A DNA stretch of 64,000 nucleotides from Neodothiora populina (GCF_041146345.1 NW_027191411.1:620001-684000), one strand, 5' to 3'; shown: positions 25,153-39,100, numbered from the stretch's first letter. Translations and numbers: made by a program. The notes: generated by a model from the sequence alone, not told the origin.

Positions 25153-27205
25153 ATGTCTTTCGGCGGACAAACGCCAACAATCGTGGTGCTGAGAGAGGGT
25201 CAGTCCTGATTACGAACAGAGAACAGAAGGAGCAAAGTCACTGACACACCTCCTCCAAACAGGCACCGATCAGTCGCAGGGTCGTGGACAAATAGTCTCA
25301 AATATCAACGCATGTCTGGCCGTGCAAGATACCGTCAAGTCGACGCTTGGCCCATACGGAGGAGACTTGCTGCTGGTAGATGAGAATGGAAAGACGACAA
25401 TCACCAACGATGGCGCCACCGTCATGAAGGTTCGCAGGCATTCCCCCTATCCGCCTTTTGATGACTGGATAGTCGAGGAATGAAACAAGAGGAGGGAAGA
25501 GGGACAAGACGTCAGGAAGTCAGGAGTAAGCTTGGGCTGACTAGAACAAACCGCAGCTCCTCGACATCGTCCACCCCGCCGCACGCATCCTCACAGACAT
25601 CGCACGCTCACAAGACGCCGAAGTGGGTGACGGCACCACATCTGTCGTCGTCCTCGCTGGAGAGATCCTCAAGGAGGTCAAGGAGCACGTCGAGCAGGGA
25701 GTCAGCAGTCAGACCATCATCAAGGCTCTGCGGAGAGCGAGCAGCATGGCCGTGAACAAGGTCAAGGAGATTGCCGTCAACACCCAGGACAACAACCAGA
25801 GGGAAACGCTCAAGAAGCTCGCCGCCACTTCGATGAGCAGCAAGCTCATCCACAGAAACGCCGACTTCTTCACCAACAGTATGTCAAATGGGAGAATATG
25901 AACAAGGCGGGACAACTTGGCTAACACAAAGTCAATCACAGTGGTTGTCGACGCAGTCCTCTCCCTGGACCAAGACGATCTCAACAACAGACTCATCGGA
26001 GTCAAGAAAATCACTGGCGGTTCGCTAGAGGACTCCCTCTTCGTCAACGGTGTCGCATTCAAGAAGACCTTCTCATACGCCGGATTCGAGCAACAACCCA
26101 AATTCTTCAAGGACCCCAAGATTGTCTGCCTCAACGTCGAGCTGGAGCTCAAGGCCGAAAAGGACAACGCCGAAGTCCGTGTCGAGCAGGTTTCCGAGTA
26201 CCAGGCCGTCGTCGACGCCGAGTGGCAGATTATCTACAACAAGATGGAGGCTCTCTACAAGACGGGCGCCAAGGTTGTTCTGAGCAAGCTGCCCATTGGT
26301 GATCTTGCGACCCAGTGCGTTCTGCCGTTTCGTCAACGAAGCCCATGCATCTGCTGACCAGACTGTTAGATACTTCGCAGACCGTGACATCTTCTGCGCC
26401 GGCCGCGTAGCCTCAGACGACCTCGACCGTGTGTGCAAAGCCACTGGCGCCTCCATCCAGTCCACTTGCTCCGACATCCAAGAGACTCATCTGGGTACCT
26501 GCGCCACATTCGAAGAGCGCCAAATCGGTGGCGAGCGTTTCAACTTCTTCGAGGGCTGCCCGGCAGCAAAGACGTGCACACTCGTCCTCCGCGGAGGAGC
26601 CGAACAGTTCATCGCCGAAGTCGAGCGCTCTCTCCACGACGCCATCATGATCGTCAAGCGCGCAATCAAGAACCAAAACATCGTCGCCGGAGGCGGTGCC
26701 TGCGAGATGGAAATCTCCAAATACCTGCACACATACGCCGACACCAAGATCCCGCACAAGCAACAGGGCGTCATCAAGGCCTTCGCCAAAGCCCTCGAAG
26801 TCATCCCCCGCCAGCTGTGCGACAACGCCGGCTTCGACGCCACCGACATCCTGAACAGACTGCGTGTCGAGCACCGCAAGGGCAACATCTGGGCCGGCGT
26901 CGACTTCGACAACGAAGGCGTCAGAGACAACATGGCCGCCTTTGTGTGGGAACCTTCTCTCGTCAAGATCAACGCTCTCATGGCCGCCACCGAGGCCTCG
27001 TGCTTGATCTTGAGCGTTGACGAGACCATCAGTAAGTCCTTCTCTGCCATTTCTCTCATATCTACTCAAGTCCCGCAAAACTGACATTCTTCACTTTTCA
27101 GAAAACCAAGAGTCCCAAGCACCGCAAGGCCCGCAAAGAGGTCTTCCTCCGGGCGCCGCTCAGAGAGCGCTACGCGGAAGAGGCAGAGGTATGCCCAGAC
27201 GATGA
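25153..27205 (+). CDS. CCT7: T-complex protein 1 subunit eta
   Basis: [50 protein letters not shown]-terminal [10 protein letters not shown]. Introns 25199-25262, 25430-25556, 25879-25941, 26315-26369, 27032-27101. Confidence 0.95.
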
Positions 27206-28140
27206 GCGGCGACAGCATCGCTTTAGTTCACCCGTCTGATCCCCCTCCGCCTCACCCTTCTTTTGTCCCCTATAACGTCGAGGGAAGGAGAGGAAAAGAG
27301 GTAGAGGGTCAGATCGACAATGTGTAAAGAAAAGAACTCCCTGTTTTGTAGAAGAGAAGAAAAAAAGATACGCAATTAGATCGGGATAGACGATGATCAT
27401 CAATTCTTTGTAAAAGTGATGTGTGTCTGTGCGGTACTGGTTGGTCGTGTGTCTCCTTCAGATTTTTTGAGGCATGATCTCACTTCTAGCTAGAGAGCTT
27501 GTGAAATTGGTAAGAGCAGCCAGCCCACCTGATAATTCATCACTCGGAGCGTACAGTACCATCTGCGGCATTTAAGTCGTGCAAAGAAGAAAAAATACAT
27601 GGCGCACGACGCTCGAAGATCAGTCCTAATCATAAGAACAAGAATGCATTGTCTGTTTGATCTCGACTCAAAATAAAGCTGGTTAGCTTATCTGATGACA
27701 TCTTTTTTTCCCACAATCCCGTCCCATGTATTGGCCTAAGCTCACGAAGTGCTGCCTCGCGACTTCCTCTACTGCAGAACTCTCTGAGGAGTGCTGATCC
27801 AAAAACCAACAACAAAAACACCGGAACGCCTTGCGATAACAACAAACCCCGAACTTGGGACTGAACATGCCCATACAAGCAAGACAATCCTTGCAGAGAA
27901 AGGGCAGGTAGCCAAACATAGCGCTGTCCATCATTTCCACGCGTGTTCCTAGTGAACCGGAGGAGCAAAAACAATAATTGAAGTCATAATCAATGTGTCA
28001 TGCAATTCCCTTTTCGCTGTGTTTTGTACTTTTTGGGGGTAGAGTCCGTCATATCCAGAATGGGTGAAATATCTTTCCATATCTATTGGTAGAAACGATA
28101 GGAATCAAGCAAAGCAAGAACGAAATGCATAAACGTCACG

Positions 28141-29703
28141 TTACATAACATACAGCAGGTTTGTGTCTGTTCGGCGAGTCAACAAAGCTGTTCGATCCAA
28201 GTATATGGTTAGTTTGGGGTGGTTGCGACTGCTTACTCAAAGGGTGACTGCAGCTGAGCTGCGGCTTCTGCGAGTATTTTCCCTCTAGCTCCTCACGGAT
28301 GCTGTTGAGCAATTGCACATAGCTCTGTTGAGGGTTCTTTTTCAATGCAGTGATGAATGCCCAGGACATGGCTCCAGTTGCGCCACCGCCAATCTGGGCA
28401 TCCGCAGATGTCTGATCGTCCTTGCTACCACTCCACATGATAACATCTGCAGGACTGGTCTTGGTGCGTATGTTCCTCTCGTATGCCGAATTACCGCTCG
28501 TGGCTTTCTTAAATAAGCCCATAGCTGTGCTGGCAACGCCGCCAAGGTCACCGCGTGCGTAACTCGAGACAATGCCAAGAAGTCCTTGACCAGCTTCCTT
28601 GGCCAGATTGGGTTCTTTGAGGACACCCTGCGTGGAGTAGATGTATGGTAGGTCGAGAGCAGATCCAGAGTGACAAGAGTCAAAGATGGCAGTCAGACGG
28701 ACACCCGGTTGTAGCGGCTTGACCATGATGGCGTGCATCTCGTCATCGACGATGTGACCGACTTGTCGAAAATCGACAGGATATATGACTTCATCGTATC
28801 CGTCCTCTTCGTCGCCGTCCAAATCAGGCGTCTGACCGCCGTGGCCGGAATAGTGGAAGAAAAGCGAGTCATTGGGGTGGGCGTCTTTCACTAGCCAATG
28901 CATAGCTCGCAGAATATTGGCCTTGGTGGGTTGACTCATTGGATTTTGCTGATCATCCGTGAGAATGACCATGTCCTCTCGCTTGTAGCCAAAGTATTCA
29001 TTCAGGTATGCCGACATGTTCTTCGCATCGTTGATACATCCTCTGAGCTGCCCCTTCTGACCGAAGTAGTTGATGCCCACAACGAGAGCCTTCCTGCGTC
29101 CGGTACAATTGGAGTATTGAAACGTGTAGTCGCTCGGGGCTCCGTGTCCGAAGGATTGGGTTTGTGAGGGAGGTGGTGGAGGTGCCCCTTGTACATAGCC
29201 GCCATTGTTGTAGATATTTTGTCCGGTCGGAATAGCTGTCACAGACAGTAAGCGACATTGTCACAGGTGCAAGGGGTGGGAGGCAGAAGCAGTGGATATA
29301 CATACGCATATTAGAGTGGGGTTGAGCATGTTGTGGAGGGGGGTAATGCTGCTGAGGCGGTGGTGTCTGCTGATAGCCACCATACTGTGATTGTGGTGGT
29401 GGCTGACCATAGCCGTACTGTGGCTGCAGCGAAGGCGAATAACCGTACTGTGGTTGTTGCCTGCACATGGAAAGGTGTGACATCAGCCTCTGCGCCTTCA
29501 AAGTCAGGAATACAAAGAAAGACTCGTTTGACATACCCATACTGAGGTTGTGGAGGAGGATACTGCTGGGGATACTGCTGCTGCTGCTGTTGCGGCGGCT
29601 GAGCGCCGTAGCCTTGATCTGGGCGACTTGTCAGAGAATGTATCGGACGATATCGGCGGTTGCACTGTATTGCCTTACATTGTTGACCTGGATAATACGA
29701 CAT
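28141..29703 (-). CDS. MCA1: type I metacaspase with Q/P/Y-rich prodomain
   Basis: [11 protein letters not shown], catalytic HYSGHG and [15 protein letters not shown]. Introns 29619-29678, 29461-29536, 29236-29305, 28167-28236. Confidence 0.95.
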
Positions 29704-31770
29704 TTTCGCAAGCTTTAACTAAGTGCTGGATGAAGCAGGGGAAAAATAATCAAAATCAAAACGAAGTGGCAGAAGTCTGCCGAGAAGATGTCGAGAATAA
29801 GGAAGGTATGCGCCAGTAGTGGTCGAAACCAGGAAGGAAGTCAGAAGAACAATGGGGATGACGAAGCGAAGCAGGGGCGTGACGGCTGCGCCTGACTTGA
29901 GGTTTTGGCGACCGAGGGGACGGGTCCTCGCTGCTGCGCTGATGTGATGGCTGATGGGTGGGGTAAGCTCAAAGATAATGATTTTCCACTTCCACAATTG
30001 TCGATCCCGGACAAGTGGTATGGCGAACACTTCAGTGGGTTGAACGGAAAGTGATGAGAGACGTGTCCAAGATGCAGGACTCTCCGATGATATGTACCGC
30101 TTGTATTTTTTTTTCTTCCGTCTGATGATAATGTACCAAGACTTCAATAGGTTATTGCACCAACAGGGAGAGCGAGGCTTCGTGGCTTGCGGGTTGGTTC
30201 ACTGTACGCCGTCCCACACGCCCGTGCCGTCTGTGTCCTTTGAGGTTCTTCGGTCGGTAAGCTCGTCCCCGAAAGGCAGTCCAGATCTGCTCCAGATCTA
30301 CCACTTGCTGCTTCTGGACGTTGATCGACAAACGATGCTTCCTATCGCGAAAGTTGCATTGGTAGTGATAGGCGTATTTGGAAGAAAAAGCTGGTCGAGA
30401 AAGAAAAGGCATCGGTGCCTCTTAATCTATCTGATTTACAGTGCCTGCAAGCATTCTTGCGCAACCAAACATCCCTCACCGACTTCGGCTCTTAGTTTTT
30501 AGGCACTTCTCCACCAAACTACCATGGCTGAGCCATCCTTCCCCGTATTCATTTCGGAGTACGGGATGACCGAGACCACAACTAAAAGCATAGAGCTTCG
30601 AGGGGTTTACTCGGCGGAGGGTAATTGCGACCCACGAGACCCTTGACAGTATGCGTTCCTCCAGACGGACCGTTATAGCTAGTCTTTGACATCGTTTGGA
30701 AAGCGGTTGCCGAGATGTTTTAGGGCTCCGATACCATTTTTCAACCCTTAGCAATGTTCAGGAATCCTTCTCAGGGTCTCAGATAAGGTACAGTCCTACT
30801 GTATGAGAGGACTGTACTCTACTCGTCGAGCACAGATTGCCGGCTAAGGTAGCTAGCTCTCTTCCAGAGTCTATTGCCGAGCCTACACCACCTGGCGGGT
30901 TGCGCTACTGTATGCTACGGTGGTCAGGACTTCACACCCAAACAACCTTGCCATGTGTCCAATTAGCGCTGTGTCTAGCGGGTGCTCGCGAACCCTCCCT
31001 ACCGGTCCAGATTCCGATTCAATGGCACTACGCTTCTCCTCCACGGCGTTATTTGTTCGCTACAAATGACCATCACCCCTCACGACTCCACCGGAGCCGG
31101 ATTCGAGGGTCTGAAGCTATATGGCCTTGGTGAATCCAGGCGAACTGCTAATTAATCATAGCAGTAACCTCCAACAATTGTGACAAATCTATCTGCACCA
31201 ATGCCAAAGCACACATAAGCTGGATGTCGAGAAGCGCGACTCGCGAAAAGAGGATAGCGGCTTCCAAGATCTGCTCATAGCTGCATTGCCTTACAGGGGT
31301 ATGATAATTGCTAAGTCAGTTCTGGCAGTAGCACATAGAGACAGAATCCTAGATGAGTCAATTTGTCCAAGTGACTTACTACTCGCTCCTGCATATCTGG
31401 CACATGTCAGCACCGTTGACGTTATGAATCCCAACTCCGACCAATACTGCATCTTGATAGGCCACTAGCAAATACAAGCTCGCGAGAAATAAAACCTTAC
31501 CTCGCATATCGCTTTAAGCGGTATGGCTAGTCCGGCAACAGCGCGGGTACTTCCATGTGCGGCTTTTAAAACAATGTGAGCGCCAAATACACTGGATCTC
31601 ACGCCTTCTCGAAGGAAAGGCCTATACATAAAGCCTCTATTGACTTAGTCAAGGGGCTGACCGAGCTGAAGTACCTCGTTTGGCTGTGATCTATCATAAG
31701 CTAGATTAGGTTGATGGAGACCTCGCGCGCACCGACATTGCGACAAAAGCGGTCAACGGTCATGGGAATC

Positions 31771-32589
31771 TCAGGATTTCTTCCATCTTATTCGAGATAC
31801 CCATGTTGCCCACTTCTGCACGTCCTCCCGGGAGATTAAAAGATCTACACTATACCAATCCTTGGCCAAGTCTTCGTTGCTCGCGATTCGATGCACAAAA
31901 CTGTGGCATGGTCGGCACAACCAAGCAACCTTGTTTAGCTCCCAACTCGCATGCCAACCCCGCTTGACAGCTTTGGCGTGAGCAGCTCTGGGGATGAGGT
32001 GATGGTAAGTAAGTGGCAAGTGCTCACGTTCACATATCTCACACTCGTGCGCTCGCTCACTTGGTGCAAATTCCGGTGGGGCAGAAGTGGTACTGCCAAT
32101 ATATGCCGAGAAGACAGGCTCCAACAAACGTTGCAGGTCCGAGGGTTCAGATAACATACCATACGAAGCGAGTGAATCCTCCACGGAAAGCGGCAGCGTT
32201 CGCGTGGTCTCTTCGTACACCTGTGAGTCCAATGGCAGACTATACTTGTCGGCTAAAACAGCATTGTTCTGGATATGACTGTACGTAAGTTGTCGGAGTT
32301 CAGCTGGCAATGCTGTAAAGATCTCGCCGGACAGATGCTGTCTGTGTGTCAGATATTATCCGCACGATGACAGTAAATTACTCACCTCGATTGTTTCACC
32401 CAGCTCTGCGGAATCACTATTGCTATCCTTTATGGCTTCTCTCACCGCCGGCTTGATTTCATTTTTGCGCCCTTTGCCCTCTCGTCTGCGTTTGGGAGCA
32501 TCTGCCGACGGTGATAACCTTGCGATGAAGAATCCAGAAACACAATCTCTGAAGGTTTCGTAATTGAGTGCCTCGCCGTCCGGTATCAT
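31771..32589 (-). CDS. conserved fungal protein with C-terminal Zn-binding HNH-like domain
   Basis: CEIC...TYHHLIP...WLCRPCHSFVH motif. Intron 32338-32385. Confidence 0.8.
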
Positions 32590-33037
32590 CAGAACAGCGG
32601 CACGGGCGCACAAGCAACCAAGGACAATCTGCAAGGGTAACTAGATTCGAGTTTGGAACAGACGACGATGTAACAAGCGATTAATATCAAAAGCATTAGA
32701 TTCAGCGTGGCAAATGTCGTTCCTCTAAACTTAGGTAGATCTGCGGAGAACGCCATGTCGATCTCCCGAGGTTCCCCAAGGTCAAGCTTTACGGATTGCA
32801 TCACCTGGTAATCACGAATCACAAATCAAAAACCTCCGCAGACATCATCTGTGTTGTCATAATGTAGGTAAGTGTCAGCCTTGTGAGTAGTGGTAACCTT
32901 CGACGTCGCATTGTGTTATCGGGAAGGGGTAAAGTTACCTACGTTGATTGTTCTTCATACATGTGTCATTATTGTTAATATTCACCGATTGCAACGCACA
33001 CCTCACTGAAGCTCACAGCCACGAAGTCACAGAAACA

Positions 33038-33832
33038 ATGAGTCGTCTCGACACAGTCCTGGCTTTCGATGCTTATGGCACATTGCTTTCGACTGAGTCC
33101 ATTGCAAAGAAACTAGCAGGCCACTTCGGTCAGGATAAAGCAACCACTATAGCAGCGACATGGCGCAAATATCAGCTAGAGTATACATGGCGATCCAATA
33201 GCATGAGTATGCGCAGACCTCGGAAAGAAATATGTAACCATGACATTATACTGATCCTCTTTACTTTACCTTCATCAGAACAATATGAAGACTTCAGTAA
33301 GATAACACTGCGGTCACTGCGACATGCTCTCGCCGAGTCCGCCGTGTCGCTTGACCAGAAAGCCATCGACGAACTCATGGAAGCGTACAATTCGCTGTCC
33401 ATCTTTCCGGACGTCGCACCAGCCTTGACGGCCATATCGAAAGCCTCCGGCCTTCATGCTGTTGTGTTCAGCAATGGTACACACGATATGGTCTCCTCTT
33501 CTGTGAACAAGTCGCCTGATCTTTCACCGTATGCTTCTGTGTTCAAGGATATCGTGGTCGTCGAGGAGATCAAGTGCTTCAAACCTGATCCCGAGGTTTA
33601 CTACCATCTTGCCCGAAAGGTGGGCAAGAACCCGGACACGGATATGGGGTCTATGTGGCTCATCTCCGGGAATCCGTTCGATGTCGTTGGTGCAAGGACA
33701 GTGGGGATGAAAGCACTCTGGGTCGATAGGGCAGGGAACGGGTGGCAAGATGAACTCGTCGCAGGGGACGTGGGCCAGCCTACAGCAATTGTGAAGAGCC
33801 TGGAGGAGGTGTTGCAAGTTGTGAATGAATGA
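33038..33832 (+). CDS. haloacid dehalogenase type II (HAD superfamily)
   Basis: FDAYGTL, WRKYQLEYTW, FSNG, FKPDP, SGNPFD. In-frame 72-nt intron 33207-33278. Confidence 0.9.
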   Translation: MSRLDTVLAFDAYGTLLSTESIAKKLAGHFGQDKATTIAATWRKYQLEYTWRSNSMSMRRPRKEICNHDIILILFTLPSSEQYEDFSKITLRSLRHALAESAVSLDQKAIDELMEAYNSLSIFPDVAPALTAISKASGLHAVVFSNGTHDMVSSSVNKSPDLSPYASVFKDIVVVEEIKCFKPDPEVYYHLARKVGKNPDTDMGSMWLISGNPFDVVGARTVGMKALWVDRAGNGWQDELVAGDVGQPTAIVKSLEEVLQVVNE

Positions 33833-34898
33833 AACCCCCTGGTTTTTTCAGATTGTAAGTACACAGATGATTGGATCTCACGAATCACGAGAAGAGAATA
33901 GCGAGCTTCGAATGAGAATTGACATGAAAATTTGAGACTTTATGAAAGCAGCATAGAAAAGCTCTCCAGGTCGTGAATCTCGCAGGCCAAGTTCTGGAAA
34001 AACCCGGAGCAGAAAACAGCATTGGCACAAGGTGTATCGAGTGCGCAAGTAGCGCGTTGATGCACATCCATGAAACATATCGATCCCATGTAGTGCGAAC
34101 GGCCAGCAACCTGTGCTGTATGTCATTGAGGGCAGAAAAGCGCAAAGTGGCTATATCCCAGAGCCTCCGCGCTGAATCGTCCAATCCAAGATTGAAAATT
34201 ATTTAGAGGAAATCCAGAATCACAAGAGGGAGAAAAAAGTGTGTACCGTCAAAAAATATTTACCAAACCTCCACAAAAAGTCAAGAAGGTCCGGGGGTAA
34301 GCAGACGGGGAGAGTGCGTCGGTCTCACCTTCCATTTCCCCTCCAGCATGCATTGTAGAAATCTGGCAGATGGAGTGAATAGGAAGGGTTTCGTTTTCGA
34401 AGGAGAGAAAGAGAGCGGATGAGTCGAGGGCGAAGAAAAGGTGAATTTGCCAGATGGGCACGTGCCTCCCAAGCAGGGACTTGGCATCATGCTGTGTGTG
34501 CAGCGGCCCAAACAAATGTCAATGCAGTAATTATTGGACCAAAAGCCAGGTGCAGAATCGATGCAAAATCGGTGCAAATCATGGTGGGCTTTCTGCCTTA
34601 CCAGTACGGTAAGGTAGGTTTCACTGTGTGTGGTCAGCGGGGCAAAGAGTCATCAGCCAATCTGCAAGCTAGAATTAGTAGTGATTTTCACAATTCTCGT
34701 AACTGCACAGTATATTGTACAGTACAAGTCTACAAGTATAAGTGCCTTCCTTCTTCGCCTGACTACTGTACATTGACTATCGAAGCGGTGACTGTTTGAT
34801 CTCTCTCTATACATTCAAGCAACAATCACAGGAGCCACCCCGCGAACACGCACCCATTAATCAATTCTCCAATCCACCGCATTTTATCACCCGCAAAC

Positions 34899-35725
34899 AT
34901 GTCTGGACGGGGAAGAGGTGGCAAGTTCAACAAGGTCAAGAGGGGAGGTAAGAACGAGATCAATCCTCATCGCTGGCACTGTTACATACTGACAACCTTC
35001 CTCGTCTAGGCGGCAAGCACTTTAGCAGAGACTTGCGACCGGTCGACGCCGAGGGTATCGAGAAGAGCATTTGGGCCTCGGATCGCGAAGATGGATCTGA
35101 CGACTCGTCCGAGGAGGAGTCATCCGAGGAGGAGTCCAGCGAAGACGAGGGACCCGCAAAGCCTGCTGTACAGGAGAGCGACATGACGCGCGAGCAGAGA
35201 AGAGCAGCAGCCAAGGCACGAAAGGAAGCCGCAATGAAGAAGAAGAAGGGCACCCCTCAGGTCGGCGATATGCCTACCGATTCCGAGTCAGAGTCAGAGT
35301 CAGAATCAGAGTCTGACGCTGACGCTGACATGCCCGCCAACCCCAACCACACCCCAAAGGCTGCTAAACAGGCTGCCAAGGGCGCCGAACCAGCACCCGC
35401 TGCCGCTGCCGCCGCTCCAGCCAAGGCCGCAAAGACCAAGGATGTGTCGAAGCTGTCGAGGAGAGAGCGCGAAGCCCTTCAGGCGCAACAGGCAAAGGAG
35501 CGCTACGAGAAGCTTCACGCAGAGGGAAAGACAGACCAGGCCAGAGCAGACCTCGAGAGACTGAAATTGGTCAGACAGAAGAGAGAAGAGGCCGCCGCAC
35601 GTGCTGCTGCCGAAAAGGCGGAACTCGAGGAGCACAACAAGGCCAAGGGTGAGCAGCTCGCCAGGGAGGAGAGACAGAGAGCGCTTGCCGCCGGCAAGAA
35701 GGCGCTCAAGAACAAGAAGAAGTGA
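34899..35725 (+). CDS. PP28 / PDAP1-like casein kinase substrate phosphoprotein
   Basis: RGGGKHFSRDL and LSRRERE...RYEKLHAEGKTDQARADLERLKLVRQKRE. Intron 34948-35009. Confidence 0.88.
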
Positions 35726-36178
35726 GCGCAATGTTGGCATTTTCTTTTGGTCGCGCGAGCATATGGTGCGTTTGATACATGGCTTGATGAGCGACGACAA
35801 CTTTGGTGGAGTTTCGGTAGCAGCGACTGTTGGTCAGATGGTCGGCTACCACGATAGAAAGGGGCCCAAGTGCACCGTTTCGAATTTCGAACAAACATCA
35901 TATCTCCATCGGCCGCAGTATCTGATCGATGTCCTGTGTGTCTGAGATCGTATCCTTCGTAGTGGTGTCATACTCGTGCTTTGATTCACTATATCGTTAC
36001 AAAAGGAAGCCCGGGCGGTGATGAAAGTTCAAGGGTCCAGCGAAGTTGGCCGCACATGAAACTTGTAACTCCGTCGCCTCCAACTTATCTTCTTATATTT
36101 CCACATACTGTGACTTGACTGTCGAAAGGGACTATTGACAGTAGTGGTGTTTTATAGGAGACACAGTACGACTGGACT

Positions 36179-39100
36179 ATGCGCAACGTAAAGTTGCCAA
36201 GGGTTAGTGACACATGCATTTTGCCTCCGCTATCCTCCGTCTCGACTTTCTACTGACATTCACTTCCCAGCAAACGTCCTCAAGCCAAAGCGTGTGTGTA
36301 TTCTGTGCATGTCATCTTAGTGGCGATGTGGTAGCAACGCGCTCGGCTGGATCAATCTCATATGCGCAGAGGAGAAGTCTTTCGGCAACGACGACTGCAG
36401 ATCCACAGACCAGACCTCAGACCTCGGTATCACAGCATGGCTCGAACAACAGAAACTCACCTCTGACCGGCCAGACCCCTCGGAGATCTATCGCTTCTCA
36501 GTCCTTTGCTTTTCCAGATGCAGGCAAGGCAGCGCGTGAGGCATTAGAGGCTCAGCAGCGGACGGAGCAGGCCCAGCGAGACGCTTTGAGAAGAGCTGAG
36601 GAAAGAGCAGCCAATCGTCCGGACATTACGAGGTCATCTGGCAATTCACGGACAAATGCTGGCCCAAGGATCAGTCGAGTCAATGTCAATCAGAGCGGTA
36701 GAGCTGCGCCTTCGAATCATGCAGGGCAAAACAGACACAATGAAGGTTCGGGACAACGCATCCCAGCATCCAGGAATTCAAACAGGAGAGGCTATGATCC
36801 TACACAACGCGTCGACGTGACACAACAGGCAGCGCCTGTGTCGACGCCTCCAGTACAAGCCCCGGCCTGGATGCGCGCACCTGCTCAGCCCGCTGTATCG
36901 TCTCTGACTCCGAGCGGGCCATCATGGGGAGCTGCTCTACCACCTCGTTCTACCGAAGCGAAAGATAATCAGAGCTCGTTTCCGTCAGCCCCTTCAGGTC
37001 CTGATGCCACCGAGAGCAGCGTCTCGGCATCTTTGTTTGGTCAGCTGGATGCGAGCCGACAAGCATTAGCCAAGACTCAGCCCAAACCTCAGGCTACGAC
37101 CCCATCCGCTCCTCCGCCACAATCTAACCAAACTGTGGCATACAACCCGTTCGGAAGCATTGATCGAAGACAAAACGCAAACAATGGAGCAACGGAGCCC
37201 TCTACGCAGCGTCCTAGGGAATCCGACAGACGTGATCGCGGTGGGCAACGAAGGAGCGAGTATAGAATCATAATGTCAGACAACCACTCGACACGCGAAA
37301 GCAACGCAGAGCCTTTTGATCCCGAGGTCTCATCTAATTGGAGCATACTGCGCCGGAACAATAATGCGCAAGTGCAGCCCCAGGAGGACAATGGCCCTTC
37401 ATCTATTCGAACACCGCAGGACATCGATGCCAAATTCGAAGAGTATCGGCGCCGTCGATCCTCTAGCAATCTCGACCTCAACAATGTTGCCTTTGAGCCC
37501 GCCAAGCCCCTCGTTCGCCGCGAAAGAGCAGAGTCTAGGACTTGTGCTTCTTGTGGCAAGCCAGGTCACATTGCAAGAAACTGTCCTGATATCCCATCCA
37601 GGAATCAGACGAGTAATCGTAACTCTACCTCATTTGATCGAGGCGCGGATTCTGGCACTGCTGAGCAGAGCTCTCGACAAAATCTGCGCCAAAGACAGAA
37701 TGGTGGCTCTCTGATCCGCAGAGTTGATACAGAGGGCAATATGTGGACCAAAGGCGAACAGCAAGACAAGGACGATGTCGACGACGATGACGAAGATGTG
37801 TCTTCCTCTCGAAGACGTGTCAACAAGCCAGCCAAGAAATTCTCCAGTCAGCCTGCACCCGAGGAGGAACCAGCGCGCGCTCCTCGTCGCAGCGGACGAT
37901 ATGGTGGTGAAGACGAGATGGAACCTGAGAAGCCTTCCAAAGCTCGTCGCAGCCGCTTCGTAGAAGAAGAGGATGATGATGACGACCGACCAAGGAAGGG
38001 CCGCCGTGGCCGTGCTTCATTCGAAGACGACGACCCTGAACTCAGCTTCGGAGACATGGAAGACGCGCGTGCCCGTCGCATGGAACGCAAGAAGGCTCGC
38101 CAGGCTAAGAAGGACAAGGCCGCGAAAGAAGCTGCCAGATTAGCCGCCAGACAGGCGAGAAAGGCGGAAGAGCTGACACCAATCCACCTGCCTGAGTTCA
38201 TCAGTGTATCTAATCTTGCCCAGACTTTGGGCATTAGGTACGAAGACTTCATCACCAAGGTGGAAGAGCTTGGCTTCACCACCTACACTCACGATCACAT
38301 CATGACTGCAGAAAATGCGAGTCTTATAGCCATGGAGTACAACTTCGATCCCACCTTTGGTGATGCTGAAGGGGAAGAAGCAGGGGAACGTGATCTTAAA
38401 GCGCGGCCAGACGTGGAGGACGTCGAATTTCTGCCCACTCGACCACCAGTCGTCGCCATCATGGGTCACGTCGATCACGGCAAGACTACTATCCTCGATT
38501 TCCTCCGCAAATCTTCTGTGGCCGCAACGGAGCATGGTGGAATCACACAACACATCGGCGCTTTCAGTGTCGCCTTGTCAAGCGGCAAGACCATCACATT
38601 CCTCGATACTCCAGGGCACGCGGCATTCCTCGAGATGCGCAAGCGCGGTGCTAACGTGACAGACATCATCATTTTGGTGGTCGCTGCCGACGACTCGGTC
38701 AAGCCTCAGACCATCGAAGCCATCAAGCATGCCAAAGCAGCCAACGTCCCGATCATTGTCGCCATCAACAAGATCGACAAGGAAGAGGCCAACATCGAGC
38801 GTGTCAAGCAAGATCTGGCACGTCATGGTGTCGAGATTGAAGACTTTGGTGGCGACACTCAAGTCGTGCCCGTTAGTGGTAAGACAGGAGAAGGCATCGC
38901 GGATCTCGAGGACAACATTTCCACCCTGTCTGAGATCTTGGACCATCGCGCCGACACCACTGGACCCGTCGAGGGATGGGTCATTGAAGCCACCACCCGC
39001 AAAGCCGGTCGCGTAGCTACGATGCTCGTACGCCGCGGTACGCTTTCTCCAGGAAACATCATCGTGGCAGGCAAGACCTGGACCCGAGTCCGCACTCTGC

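Noticed and set aside
25459..25541. TGATGA...CTGA box C/D-like pair in CCT7 intron 2
   Set aside because: The CTGA is the intron's own branch site (GCTGAC); no terminal stem or recognisable rRNA guide.
26413..27087. Long antisense/alternative-frame ORFs over CCT7 (similar ones over IF-2, AGO, DLH, RNA14)
   Set aside because: Expected shadow of strong C-ending codon bias; no motifs or independent gene signals.
29719..31470. Short ORFs in the MCA1-HNH intergenic region (also 17500-18300, 51500-53000, 53900-54750)
   Set aside because: Mostly non-ATG starts, no motifs, no consistent splice structure.
33830..33901. Stop-codon readthrough to cryptic peroxisomal PTS1 (checked for HAD, DLH, PTP, Zn finger; stop context only for DSD and chitinase)
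   Set aside because: No TGA-CTA context and no SKL-like extension found.
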